This document shows positions 20,382-29,706 of a stretch of DNA of 64,000 nucleotides, one piece after another (the first letter of the stretch is position 1; the number at the start of each line of letters is the position of its first letter). Both the position numbers and the translations under genes were made by a program. This stretch comes from Candidatus Dormiibacterota bacterium (lineage in GTDB: Bacteria > Chloroflexota > Dormibacteria > Aeolococcales > Aeolococcaceae): NCBI GenBank assembly GCA_035652335.1, contig DASRDZ010000077.1, positions 17,025 to 81,024 on the forward strand, in the 5' to 3' direction. The notes beneath the pieces were generated by a model that was not told the DNA's origin, ran no database searches, and was given only the letters and a program-made list of their open reading frames with translations.

Positions 20382-20407
20382 GGGGGTTCGGATTGTAGTG
20401 TCAGGGC

Positions 20408-21193
20408 GTGAGCCCCCATCTCGACGCCGCCCGGCTCGCCCTGCTGGCGGTGGCGGCCTTCGCCGCCGGGGCCATCAACGCCGTGGCCGGGGGCGGCTCG
20501 CTGGTCTCCTTCCCCGCCCTGCTGCTGGCCGGCTACCCGGCGCTCACCGCCAACGTGACCAACACGGTGGCGCTGCTCCCCGGCTACCTGGGCGGCTCGA
20601 TCGGCTACCGGCGGGAGCTGCGGGGCCAGCGCACCCGGGTGCTGCGGCTCGGCGCGGTCTCCGTCGCCGGCGCGGTGCTGGGCGCCTTCCTGCTCCTGGC
20701 CGGACCGGCCGGCGTCTTCGAGCACCTCGTGCCCTGGCTCATCCTCGGCGCCTGCGGGCTGCTGGTCGCCCAGCCCTGGATCGGCCGCCGGGTGGCGGCC
20801 CGCGAGGCCGCGCGCGCAGCCGGGGGCCCGCGGCGGCTCGGCGAGCTCTCCCTGCCGCTGATCGCGGCGCAGCTGGTTTCTGCCGTCTATGGCGCGTACT
20901 TCGGCGCCGGCGTCGGCGTGATCATGCTGGCGGTGCTGGGCATCTTCCTGGTCGACTCGCTGCAGCGCATCAACGCCCTCAAGGGGCTGATGTCGCTGGT
21001 GATCAACGCCGTGGCGGTGGTGTGGTTCGCCGTCTTCGGGCACGTCGCCTGGGAGCCGGTGGCGGTGATGGCGCCGATCGCCTACGCGGGCGGGCTCGTC
21101 GGCGTGGCCGTGGCGCGGCGCCTCGACGACCGCGTGCTGCGCGTGGCGGTGGTCTGCTTCGGCGTCGCGGTGGGGCTGCGGCTTCTCTTCTGA
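20408..21193 (+). CDS. TauE/SafE-family (DUF81) sulfite/anion exporter membrane protein
   Basis: Gly-rich TM repeats (AGAINAVAGGGSLVSFPALL...), ~8 TM. GTG start. Confidence 0.8.
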   Translation: MSPHLDAARLALLAVAAFAAGAINAVAGGGSLVSFPALLLAGYPALTANVTNTVALLPGYLGGSIGYRRELRGQRTRVLRLGAVSVAGAVLGAFLLLAGPAGVFEHLVPWLILGACGLLVAQPWIGRRVAAREAARAAGGPRRLGELSLPLIAAQLVSAVYGAYFGAGVGVIMLAVLGIFLVDSLQRINALKGLMSLVINAVAVVWFAVFGHVAWEPVAVMAPIAYAGGLVGVAVARRLDDRVLRVAVVCFGVAVGLRLLF

Positions 21194-21212
21194 GTTGACT
21201 ACCCTGGGGCGC

Positions 21213-22151
21213 ATGGAGGTTCTCGGCGAGCCCTTCGCGCTGCCACCGCCGGTGACCGGCACGGCGCTCACCACCGGCTTCTTCGACGGCGTCCACCTCG
21301 GGCATCGCGCCGTCGTGCAGCGCACGCGAGCCGAGGCGGCGGCGCTGGGCGTCCCCACCGCGGTGCTGCTGCTCGACCGCCATCCCGCCACGGTGGTGCG
21401 CCCGGAGAGCGCCCCGCGCCTGCTCACCGACCTCGGCCAGCGGCTCTCCCTGCTGCGCGACCTCGGCGTCGACTACACGATGCTGCTGCGCTTCGACGAG
21501 GAGCGGTCGCTGCAGGCGCCGGAGGAGTTCGTGTCGACGGTGCTGCACGGGCAGCTGCGCGCCAGGGCGGTGGTGACCGGCGAGGACTTCCACTTCGGCC
21601 TGCGGCGGCGCGGTGACGCCTCGCTGCTGCGCGACCTCGGCGAGTCGCTCGGCTTCCACAGCGTCGCGGTGCCGCCGCTGGCACACGGTGGCGAGGTGGT
21701 GTCGAGCACGCTCATCCGCGCCGCCGTCGCCGCCGGTGACGTGCGCCGCGCCGCGGCATTGCTCGGCCGCGCATACGAGCTGCACGGCGTCGTCGAGCAC
21801 GGTGACGGGCGCGGCAGGACGATCGGCTGTCCCACCGCCAACGTGGCGGTGCCAGGGGACATGCTGCTCCCCGCCGACGGCGTGTACGCCGGCTGGTACC
21901 GCCGGCAGGACGGCTCGCGCCACGCGGCGGCGATCTCGGTGGGCAGGCGGCCGACGTTCTACGACGAGAGCGGGATGCTCCTCGTCGAGGCGCATCTCCT
22001 CGACTTCGACGGCGACCTCTATGGCGAGCAGGCCTGGGTGGAGGTCACCGACTGGCTGCGCGGCCAGGAGCGCTTCGACTCCGTCGACGCGCTGATCGCC
22101 GCGCTGCAGCGCGACATGGCGCGGACTCGCGAGCTGACGGCCGCACGCTAG
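21213..22151 (+). CDS. ribF: Bifunctional riboflavin kinase / FAD synthetase
   Basis: N-terminal FAD-synthetase motif (GFFDGVHLGHRAVV) and C-terminal riboflavin kinase (GRTIGCPTANVAV..DGVYAG). ATG at 21213 is preferred over the TTG at 21195. Confidence 0.85.
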   Translation: MEVLGEPFALPPPVTGTALTTGFFDGVHLGHRAVVQRTRAEAAALGVPTAVLLLDRHPATVVRPESAPRLLTDLGQRLSLLRDLGVDYTMLLRFDEERSLQAPEEFVSTVLHGQLRARAVVTGEDFHFGLRRRGDASLLRDLGESLGFHSVAVPPLAHGGEVVSSTLIRAAVAAGDVRRAAALLGRAYELHGVVEHGDGRGRTIGCPTANVAVPGDMLLPADGVYAGWYRRQDGSRHAAAISVGRRPTFYDESGMLLVEAHLLDFDGDLYGEQAWVEVTDWLRGQERFDSVDALIAALQRDMARTRELTAAR

Positions 22152-23110
22152 CCCGCCGCCGCGCGGTAGCGCCGGGCCAGCTCGGCGCCGAGCAGCCCCA
22201 GCTCGCGGCGCACCTCGGGCGGCGCCACCACGGTGAGGTGCCCGGCGAACCCGGCCAGCTCGCGCGCCAGCATCTCCGCCGACCGGCCGCGGACGGTCAC
22301 CTCCACGCGCCCGCTGCCGCGGCCGCGCCGGCCCGTCGCCGCCACGCGCGTGCCGAGCACCGAGCGCAGCACGGGCACGAAGCGCTCCTCCGCGTGCACC
22401 GTCGCCGCCATCGGCATGCGGCGCGCGTCGAGGTCGGCCACCACCGACTCCCAGGTCCGCTCCAGGTCGAAGCCGACCGGTCGGTCCACAGGCGCGGCCG
22501 TCAGCGCGACGGCGTGCACACGGTCGACGCGGAAGGTGCGCAGGCCCGCGTCGGTGCCGGCGACGAGATACCAGGTGCGCCCCTTGGCCACCAGGCCCAG
22601 GGGATGCACGGTGCGCTCGGACTCGACGCGGTCGCGGCCCGCGTAGGCGATGCGCGCCTGCACACCCTCGATGACCGCGGTGCGCAGCGCCTCGAGGTGC
22701 GGCGGCGCGGGGGCCTGCGCGCGATCGCGGTCCCATCCCGCCGGGTCGACGACGACGGCGCCGGCGGCGGCCTCGGCGGAGGCGCGGAAGGTGGCCGGCA
22801 GCGCGCGGACCAGCTTGCGCAGCGCCGCCTTCACCTCCGGCGTGGCCGCCTGCGGACCGGCGACCAGGAAGAGCGCCCGCGCCTCCGCCGCGGTCAGGCC
22901 GCTGAGGTCGGTGCGCGCGCCGCCGAGCAGCGCCCAGCCGCCGTTGCGCCCCGCCTGCGCGTACACGGGCAGCCCCGCCGCAGCCAGCGCTTCGAGGTCG
23001 CGCCGCGCCGTCCGTTCCGAGATCTCCAGCTCGCGGGCCAGCTCGGGCGCGGTGAGCCGCCCGCGGCTCTGCAGCAGGAGGAGGGCGGCAACCAGCCTCT
23101 CGGCCTTCAT
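22148..23110 (-). CDS. HTH-WYL domain transcriptional regulator (YafY-like)
   Basis: N-terminal HTH (RLTAPELARELEISERTARRDLEALAAAGLPV) plus a central WYL domain and C-terminal WCX. The six-frame ORF is N-extended and was trimmed to M187 at 23110. Confidence 0.75.
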   Translation of the reverse strand: MKAERLVAALLLLQSRGRLTAPELARELEISERTARRDLEALAAAGLPVYAQAGRNGGWALLGGARTDLSGLTAAEARALFLVAGPQAATPEVKAALRKLVRALPATFRASAEAAAGAVVVDPAGWDRDRAQAPAPPHLEALRTAVIEGVQARIAYAGRDRVESERTVHPLGLVAKGRTWYLVAGTDAGLRTFRVDRVHAVALTAAPVDRPVGFDLERTWESVVADLDARRMPMAATVHAEERFVPVLRSVLGTRVAATGRRGRGSGRVEVTVRGRSAEMLARELAGFAGHLTVVAPPEVRRELGLLGAELARRYRAAAG

Positions 23111-23206
23111 GGCGCCCCCGAGCTTCGCACAGAAACCGGTCACATGGTGGCCGGTTTTCGCCGTCAGAATCGGCTCCGACGCACCGGCTCTCCAGGAGTG
23201 ACCGCC

Positions 23207-23785
23207 ATGCCCGGGATGGTTCGACCCGTCAGCGACGAGCGCGACGCCCTGCTCGCCTACCTCGACCACCAGCGCCACCTCGTCCGCGTCGCGGTGCACG
23301 GCCTCGACGACGCCGCGGCGCGCACCCGCCCGACCGCGAGCGCGCTCAGCCCGGGCGGCATCGTCAAGCACCTCGCCGCCGTGGAGCACAACTGGATGGA
23401 CGTGGTCGAGCAGCGCGACAACCGGGGGAACGTCGAGACCTACATGGCGGGCTTCAGCCTCAGCGACGGCGAGACCCTGGCGGATGCGCTGGCGATGTAC
23501 GACGCGGCGGCGCAGCGCACCGCTCGGGTGATCGCCGGCATCGACGACCTGAGCCGCGCCGTGCCCGTCCCGCAGGACCGGCCATGGTTTCCCAAGGACG
23601 TCGACGCCTGGTCGGTGCGCTGGGTGCTGCTCCACCTCGTCGAGGAGACGGCGCGCCACCTCGGCCACGCCGACATCATCCGCGAGTCGCTCGACGGCGC
23701 AACGGCGATCCCGCTGCTCGCCGCCGCGGAGTCGTGGCCGGAGACTCCCTGGGTGAAGCCCTGGCAGCCGGCCGGCGCCGCCTGA
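23207..23785 (+). CDS. DinB/YfiT-like (DUF664, mycothiol-dependent-enzyme-like) four-helix-bundle protein
   Basis: DinB_2 signature (...IVKHLAAVEHNWMDVV...WSVRWVLLHLVEETARHLGHADIIRE). It is divergent from the WYL regulator. Confidence 0.7.
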   Translation: MPGMVRPVSDERDALLAYLDHQRHLVRVAVHGLDDAAARTRPTASALSPGGIVKHLAAVEHNWMDVVEQRDNRGNVETYMAGFSLSDGETLADALAMYDAAAQRTARVIAGIDDLSRAVPVPQDRPWFPKDVDAWSVRWVLLHLVEETARHLGHADIIRESLDGATAIPLLAAAESWPETPWVKPWQPAGAA

Positions 23786-23786
23786 G

Positions 23787-24692
23787 CTACGGCCCGGTGT
23801 TGGTCACCCCGCAGGTGGCGTCGCCGGAGGCGTGCACGGTGCGCCCCGTGCTGGCTTCGACCGCCGTCCCGTCGACATGGGCACCGCCGCCGCTCAGCGT
23901 GCCGGCGCCCTGCGCGGTGACGGTGTAGAAGTCAGACCCGGAGGCGGCCGATATCACGATGGCCAGCGAGCCGTTGCGCACGTTGACGGAGAACAGCCCC
24001 GTCCCCGAACCGACCGGGATGTGCCCGATGATGGTCACGCTGCTCCCGTTGGCCGCGCTCTGGTTGCAGGTGACGCGCACCGTGTCGGGCGTCCCGCCCA
24101 CGGCGCCCGCGACCGAGGTCCCCGTGACGGCGACCGTGCTGGTGCCGGGCGCGAACGCGCCGCAGCTGATGCCGCCCTTGATCGAGGTGATGGCGCCGAG
24201 GGTCCCAGGCGAGGAGTTGGCGGCCGAGGTCTCGGTGAGCGGGGAGTCGATCTGCACGCCCACGGTGTCGTTGTAGCCGCTGACGCCTGAGCCGGTGAAC
24301 TGGCGCGACTTGAACTGCTGCCCAGCCCCCATCGACTCGGTGACCACGACCGACGACGCGGTGACCACCAGCACGACGGCGACGGAGGAGTCCCCGGGTG
24401 ACGTGGCCTGGACGCGGATGACGGTGCCCGGCACCTGCGGCAGCGAGCAGAGCACGCCGGTTGCGTGCACGGCGCCGGTGAGCGCCGGAGTGCTTCCCAC
24501 CTCGGTGAGCTGTGCGGTGGCGGGGCCGGTGGCTGCGGTGGTGGCGGCCGGCGTCGCGGTGGGCGACTGAGCGGGCTCCGAGCTGGATGAGGAGCTGCTC
24601 GACGAGGAGCTCGACGACGATCCTCCGCTCGACCCGCAAGCGGCGAGCGCGAGCAGGGCACAGGTCAATGGCCAGAACGGCTTCGCGAGCAT
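23787..24692 (-). CDS. Lipoprotein of unknown function with a poly-Ser linker
   Basis: Lipobox LALAACG, a run of ~17 Ser, and a Thr/Gly/Ser-rich beta-type extracytoplasmic domain. Confidence 0.5.
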   Translation of the reverse strand: MLAKPFWPLTCALLALAACGSSGGSSSSSSSSSSSSSSEPAQSPTATPAATTAATGPATAQLTEVGSTPALTGAVHATGVLCSLPQVPGTVIRVQATSPGDSSVAVVLVVTASSVVVTESMGAGQQFKSRQFTGSGVSGYNDTVGVQIDSPLTETSAANSSPGTLGAITSIKGGISCGAFAPGTSTVAVTGTSVAGAVGGTPDTVRVTCNQSAANGSSVTIIGHIPVGSGTGLFSVNVRNGSLAIVISAASGSDFYTVTAQGAGTLSGGGAHVDGTAVEASTGRTVHASGDATCGVTNTGP

Positions 24693-24789
24693 GCCCCTGG
24701 ACCCCCCTGCAAGTCCGGGGCGGTTGCCCCGAGACGCACACGTTAGGGATGCGCCTCGCAGCCGTCAAGGTTGCGCACGCCAAGAGGAC

Positions 24790-25641
24790 TCAGCCGCGCA
24801 GCGCGCCCTCGCCGCGCACCGCTGCGAAGAGGTCGGTCTCCAGATCACCGGGCGCCGCCTCAGGACGGGCGCGCACGAACTCCTCGACGCCGAAGACCTC
24901 GACGAAGGCCTCCTCCGGGAAGCGGAGGAAGAAGAGGTTCTCCGACTGGCTGGCGTGGGCGGCGACGGCGGCGCGCTTGGCGGCGGCCCAGGCGCGGACG
25001 TCGACGCTGGCGGCGATCAGCTCGTCGGGGACGCCGAAGTTCTCCTCGTCGATGTCGGGCGGCTCGACCCCCATGGCCGCCATGTTGTCGCGGAAGCCCC
25101 GCAGCCGGGAGCGGCGGATCTGCGGGAAGTAGAGGCGCGCGTCAGAGCCGGCCGCGTCGAGCGCGGCGACGGTGATGCGGTGCGCCTGGATGTGGTCGGG
25201 ATGGCCGTAGAAGCCGTTGTCGTCGTAGGTGACCACAACCTGCGGCCGGTAGCGCTCGATGAGTGCGACCAGCGGCGCCGCGGCCGTCTCGACGGGGATC
25301 TGCGCGAAGGCGTGCGGCGCCGTGTTCGACTCCCAGCCGGCCATGCCGGAGTCGTGGAAGCCGAGCATCTCCAGGTGGCGCACCCCGAGGATGCGGACGC
25401 TCTCCTCCAGCTCGCGGCGGCGCGCCTCGACCACCGCAGCGGTGTCGTGGTGGTCCTCCTCCGGCTTGGCGCCGCCGGGCGCGTCGCCGAGCTCGCCGTT
25501 GGTGCAGGTGACCAGCACGGTGCGCACGCCCTCGGCGGAGTAGCGGGCGAGGATGCCGCCGGTCGAGGTCGCCTCGTCGTCGGGGTGGGCGTGCACAGCC
25601 ATGAGGGTGAGCGGGGTGCCGGCCATGGTGGCGCCCATCAT
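24790..25641 (-). CDS. PIG-L/LmbE-family N-acetylglucosaminyl deacetylase (MshB / Mca-like)
   Basis: LMAVHAHPDDE and HPDH motifs. The six-frame ORF is N-extended and was trimmed to the Met at 25641. Confidence 0.75.
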   Translation of the reverse strand: MMGATMAGTPLTLMAVHAHPDDEATSTGGILARYSAEGVRTVLVTCTNGELGDAPGGAKPEEDHHDTAAVVEARRRELEESVRILGVRHLEMLGFHDSGMAGWESNTAPHAFAQIPVETAAAPLVALIERYRPQVVVTYDDNGFYGHPDHIQAHRITVAALDAAGSDARLYFPQIRRSRLRGFRDNMAAMGVEPPDIDEENFGVPDELIAASVDVRAWAAAKRAAVAAHASQSENLFFLRFPEEAFVEVFGVEEFVRARPEAAPGDLETDLFAAVRGEGALRG

Positions 25642-25702
25642 GCCCGAAGAGGGCCGCGGCCCGGCGCCCCAGACCGCGCCCGGTGGGCGTACCCTCGTGC
25701 CC

Positions 25703-26641
25703 ATGCCGGAGCCGGCGCTGGCCGTCGAGCACCTGACCAAGCGGTTCGGTGCGCGCACGGCATTCGAGGACGTGTCGTTCAGCGTGCAGCCGGGCGAGGT
25801 GTTCGGCTTCCTCGGCCCCAACGGCGCCGGCAAGACGACGATGGTGCGCACCCTGGGAACGCTGATCGCGCCGACCTCGGGGAGCGCCAGCGTGGTGGGC
25901 GTGCCGCTGGCCGCGCAGAGCGCCGTGGAGATCCGCCGGCGCATCGCCATCATGCCCGAGTCGCCGGGCCTGTACCTGCGCCTCACCGTCGCCGAGAACC
26001 TGGAGTACTTCGCCGGGCTCTACGGCATCCCCCGCCCGCGGGCGCAGATCCAGGCGGCGCTCGAGGCCGTCGACCTCGGACCGCGCGCAGGCGACCTGGC
26101 CGGCGCCCTCTCCAAGGGATTGCGCCAGCGCGCAGGCCTCGCCCGCGCCCTGCTCAACGACCCGCAGCTCCTCTTCCTCGACGAGCCCACCTCGGGACTC
26201 GACCCCGTTGCCGCGCGCGAGGTGCACGAGCTGATCGACGGGCTGCGCAAGCGGGGGCGCACCGTGTTCCTCACCACCCACCGCCTCGACGAGGCGGAGC
26301 GGCTCTGCGACCGCGTCGCCATCCTCAACACCACCCTGCGCACCGTCGGGCGCACCGACGAGCTGCGGCGCAGGCTGTTCAGCGGCGCGCTCGCCGTGCA
26401 CCTGGCTGCACCACTGGCCGCGCCGGACGGCGTCTTCGGCCGCATCCCCGGTGTGCAGGGCTGGAGCAGCGACTCGCCCGGTGTGTACGACGTCACCGTC
26501 GGCGACGGCCGCGCCGTGGCGCCCGACCTGGTGCGCGCGCTGGTGGCGGCAGGCGCCGACGTGCTCTCCATCGGTGAGACGCGCCACACCCTGGAGGACG
26601 TCTACCTGCAGCTCGTCAACGAGTCGGAGCCCGCCGCATGA
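25703..26641 (+). CDS. ABC transporter ATP-binding protein (ABC-2 / DrrA-like exporter subfamily)
   Basis: Walker A GPNGAGKTT, signature LSKGLRQRAGLA, Walker B LLFLDEPTSGLD. Trimmed to the ATG at 25703. Confidence 0.85.
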   Translation: MPEPALAVEHLTKRFGARTAFEDVSFSVQPGEVFGFLGPNGAGKTTMVRTLGTLIAPTSGSASVVGVPLAAQSAVEIRRRIAIMPESPGLYLRLTVAENLEYFAGLYGIPRPRAQIQAALEAVDLGPRAGDLAGALSKGLRQRAGLARALLNDPQLLFLDEPTSGLDPVAAREVHELIDGLRKRGRTVFLTTHRLDEAERLCDRVAILNTTLRTVGRTDELRRRLFSGALAVHLAAPLAAPDGVFGRIPGVQGWSSDSPGVYDVTVGDGRAVAPDLVRALVAAGADVLSIGETRHTLEDVYLQLVNESEPAA

Positions 26642-27390
26642 TCGACGTCACCCGCGTCCGTGCCGTGGCGCGCAAGGAGTTCCGCGAGTACAGCCGGCAC
26701 CGTTCCATCCTCGCCACCATGGTGGTGCTGCCGCTGATCTTCCTCATCCTGCCCGTCAGCGCCGTCTTCCGCATCCACGCCACGGCGGCGGCGTCCGCGG
26801 TGCGCGCCCAGGTCGGCACCACTCTGCTTCTCCTCCTGCTGACGCCCGTGATCCTCCCCGCCGCGCTCTCCGCCTACTCGGTCATCGGCGAGCGCGAGCA
26901 GGGGACGCTGGAGCCGGTGCTGACCACGCCGGTCACCCGCGAGGAGCTGATCATCGGCAAGGCGGCCGCGGTGCTGGTGCCGACGGTCAGCGCCGCCTAT
27001 CTCTTCTTCGCGGTGATGGTGCTGGTGACCAAGCTGGCGGCCGCCCAGGTGGTGGTCGACGCCGTCTGGCAGCTGCCCAACTTCGTCGCCCAGCTTCTGT
27101 TCGCGCCGCTGCTGGCGGGCTGGGCGATCTGGGTGGGCATGGCCATCTCGGCGCGCTCCAGCGACGTGCGCGTGGCGCAGCAGCTCTCCACGCTCGCGTC
27201 GCTGCCGGCGCTCGCACTCACCGCACTGATGTCGTACCAGGTGATCACGCCGAGCGTCGGCGTCGCCGTGGTCATCGCGCTGGTGCTGCTCGGCATCAAC
27301 ATGGTGGCCTGGCGCGTCGTCTCGGCGATGTTCGACCGCGAGCGCCTGGTCACCGGCAGCAGCGCGGTCACGGAGGCGCGTGCGCCCTAG
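26638..27390 (+). CDS. ABC-2 family transporter permease
   Basis: 6-TM ABC-2 permease pattern. ATGA overlap with the ATPase. Confidence 0.75.
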   Translation: MIDVTRVRAVARKEFREYSRHRSILATMVVLPLIFLILPVSAVFRIHATAAASAVRAQVGTTLLLLLLTPVILPAALSAYSVIGEREQGTLEPVLTTPVTREELIIGKAAAVLVPTVSAAYLFFAVMVLVTKLAAAQVVVDAVWQLPNFVAQLLFAPLLAGWAIWVGMAISARSSDVRVAQQLSTLASLPALALTALMSYQVITPSVGVAVVIALVLLGINMVAWRVVSAMFDRERLVTGSSAVTEARAP

Positions 27391-28154
27391 CGGCGCGGCT
27401 CCCAGGAGAAGAACCGCACCGCCAGCAGCAGGCCGACCAGGCCCCAGGCGGCCACGATGGCGACGTCGCTCCAGTCGAACGGCGTGCCCAGGAAGCCGGC
27501 CTGCATGCCGGTGGCGAAGTGCCGCACAGGGAAGATGCGCGCCACCCAGATGATCCAGCTGGGCGTGTCGTTGCCGAAGGCGATGAAGATCCCCGAGAGG
27601 AAGAGCAGCGGCAGGATGGCGATGTTGACGATGGCCGGCGCGGCGTCGAAGTTGGGGATGGCCGCGGTGACGGCGAGACCCAGGGCGCAGAACGCCGAGG
27701 CGCCGACCACCAGCATCAGCAGGAACTCCAGCAGCGTCACCCCGCCGGGGATGTCGGCTCCGTACGCCGCCCGGCCGAACAGCGCGGTGGCCGCCACCAG
27801 CAGCACCGCGACCAGCATGGCGTGGAGGATCTGCGCCGCCAGGAAGGAGCCGGCGGGGAGCGGCGTGGCGTCGATGCGCTTGAGGATGCCGGCGTCGCGC
27901 TGGAAGGTCATGGCGATGGCGATGTTGTTGAAGCACGCCGTGATCACGCCGAAGGAGGCCATCGCCGCCACGTAGTAGGTCGACGACTTCACCGCCAGCG
28001 GGCCCACGTGCACGGTGTCCTGTCCCAGCAGCGCGGTGAAGATCACCAGGAACATCAGCGGGAAGGCGAAGGTGAAGAAGGCGCGCGAGGGATTGCGCCA
28101 GTACGACCTGTTCACGTAGCCGACCTGGCTGATGGCAAGGCGCGCGGCGTTCAC
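27387..28154 (-). CDS. ABC-2 family transporter permease (second system)
   Basis: VNAARLAISQVGYVNRSYWRNPSRAFFTFAFPLMFLV... GTG start with GTGA overlap to the upstream ATPase. The six-frame 587-aa ORF is a read-through artefact of the ATPase region in another frame. Confidence 0.7.
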   Translation of the reverse strand: MNAARLAISQVGYVNRSYWRNPSRAFFTFAFPLMFLVIFTALLGQDTVHVGPLAVKSSTYYVAAMASFGVITACFNNIAIAMTFQRDAGILKRIDATPLPAGSFLAAQILHAMLVAVLLVAATALFGRAAYGADIPGGVTLLEFLLMLVVGASAFCALGLAVTAAIPNFDAAPAIVNIAILPLLFLSGIFIAFGNDTPSWIIWVARIFPVRHFATGMQAGFLGTPFDWSDVAIVAAWGLVGLLLAVRFFSWEPRR

Positions 28155-29050
28155 GGCTGGTCCCCACGGGTGAGCTGGAGGTAGACGTCCTCCAGCGTCG
28201 GCCGGGTCGCCTCCAGCCCGTCGAGGTCGACGCCGCGCTCGATGGCCCAGCCGGTCAGCGTGTGCAGCGCGCGGACGGCGTCGTCGACCTCCACCTCGAC
28301 GAAGCCGTCGGCGCCCGGGACGCCGGCGAGGCCCGCCGGTGGCACCTGGCCGTCGCCGATCCGGTAGCGGATCCGCATCCTTGCGTGGTCGCGAAATCCC
28401 AGCGTGGCCGGCGGACCCTCGGCGACGATGCGCCCCGCCGACATCACCGCGACGCGGCCGGCGAGGTGCTGCGCCTCGTCCATGTAGTGCGTGGTCAGCA
28501 GCACCGTCTTGCCCAGCGCGGCGAGGTTCCTGACCACGTCCCAGGCTTCGCGGCGCGCCGACGGGTCGAAGCCCGTGGTCGGCTCGTCGAGGAAGAGCAG
28601 CTCGGGGTCGCCGGCCAGCGCGATGGCCACGTCGAGACGGCGCTGCTGGCCGCCGGAGAGTCGCACCACGCGCTCGTCGCGCTTGGCGCTCAGCCCCACC
28701 ACGTCGATGACCTCGTCGACAGGACGCGGGTGCGGGTAGACGCGCGCGTACATGCTGAGCGTCTCGTGGACGGTGAGGTACGGCTCGATGCCGGTGGACT
28801 GCAGCACGATGCCGATGCGCGGCTTGAGCTTGGCGCGCTGGCGCGCGGGGTCGACGCCCAGGACGCTGACCTCGCCCGCGTCGCGGTGCCGGTAGCCCTC
28901 GAGGATCTCCACGGTGGTGGTCTTGCCCGCCCCGTTGGGGCCGAGCAGGGCGAAGATCTCGCCGCGGTGGATGTCGAGGTCGACGCCGGCGACAGCGGCC
29001 ACGTCGCCGTACGACTTGACCAGGCCGCGCACCGACACCGCGTCGTCCAT
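28151..29050 (-). CDS. ABC transporter ATP-binding protein (DrrA-like, second system)
   Basis: GPNGAGKTTT, LSGGQQRRLDVA, LLFLDEPTTGFD. Trimmed to MDDAVSVRGL at 29050. Confidence 0.85.
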   Translation of the reverse strand: MDDAVSVRGLVKSYGDVAAVAGVDLDIHRGEIFALLGPNGAGKTTTVEILEGYRHRDAGEVSVLGVDPARQRAKLKPRIGIVLQSTGIEPYLTVHETLSMYARVYPHPRPVDEVIDVVGLSAKRDERVVRLSGGQQRRLDVAIALAGDPELLFLDEPTTGFDPSARREAWDVVRNLAALGKTVLLTTHYMDEAQHLAGRVAVMSAGRIVAEGPPATLGFRDHARMRIRYRIGDGQVPPAGLAGVPGADGFVEVEVDDAVRALHTLTGWAIERGVDLDGLEATRPTLEDVYLQLTRGDQP

Positions 29051-29173
29051 GCCGGGAAGTATCGCCGCGTGCCGGCGCCTCCGCCAGGGCCCGCCCGCAC
29101 TCGGGACGTTGGGCCCTGGTGCCCGTGCGCCGGCGGTCCCTAGCATTCACCCTGGACCCGCGCGCACCCCGGC

Positions 29174-29656
29174 GTGCGGACCGCAGGAGAGACGGTCGTG
29201 TTCCACAACATCCTCGTCGGCGTCGACGGCTCCGCGCACTCGAGGCGCGCCGTGCAGGAGGCGGCCGACATCGCCCGCTCCGAGAACGCGGAGCTGACCC
29301 TGATCAGCGCCTACAACTCGCTGCTGCCCTGGCCCGCGATGATGCCCGTCGGGCTCTCCCAGGACACCGTCGACGAGTTCGTCGAGACCGCCCGCGACGT
29401 CGCCCGTGGCGCCGTGGAGGAGGCGGCCAAGCTGGTGCCCGACGGAGTCCCCGTCCAGAAGCTGACCATCGACTGCCCGCCCGCCGACGCCATCCTCGAC
29501 CAGACACGCGAGGGCCGATACGACCTCGTCGTGGTCGGCTCGCGCGGCCGCGGCGACGTCGCCTCGATCCTGCTCGGCAGCGTGAGCCACCGCGTGGTCC
29601 ACGAGTCGCGCGTGCCCGTCCTGGTCGTGCACGTGACCGGCGAGCCCGCCTCCTGA
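29174..29656 (+). CDS. Universal stress protein (UspA family)
   Basis: HILVGVDGS...LVVVGSRGRG..GSVSHRVVHESRVPVLVV. The start could instead be the GTG at ~29198. Confidence 0.85.
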   Translation: MRTAGETVVFHNILVGVDGSAHSRRAVQEAADIARSENAELTLISAYNSLLPWPAMMPVGLSQDTVDEFVETARDVARGAVEEAAKLVPDGVPVQKLTIDCPPADAILDQTREGRYDLVVVGSRGRGDVASILLGSVSHRVVHESRVPVLVVHVTGEPAS

Positions 29657-29706
29657 GCAGGCTGCTGGCCGCCTGGGCGGCCTACGTCCACCACCATCGC
29701 CGGGGC

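Noticed and set aside
20281-21198. 305-aa + ORF overlapping the TauE gene
   Set aside because: An alternative frame of the TauE/SafE gene region. Arg-rich and without TM pattern, whereas the 20408 frame gives a clean 8-TM DUF81 protein.
27387-29150. 587-aa minus ORF
   Set aside because: The N-terminal two-thirds is an off-frame reading across the ABC ATPase gene (RGPA-rich). Only the C-terminal ~255 aa, from the GTG at 28154, is the ABC-2 permease.
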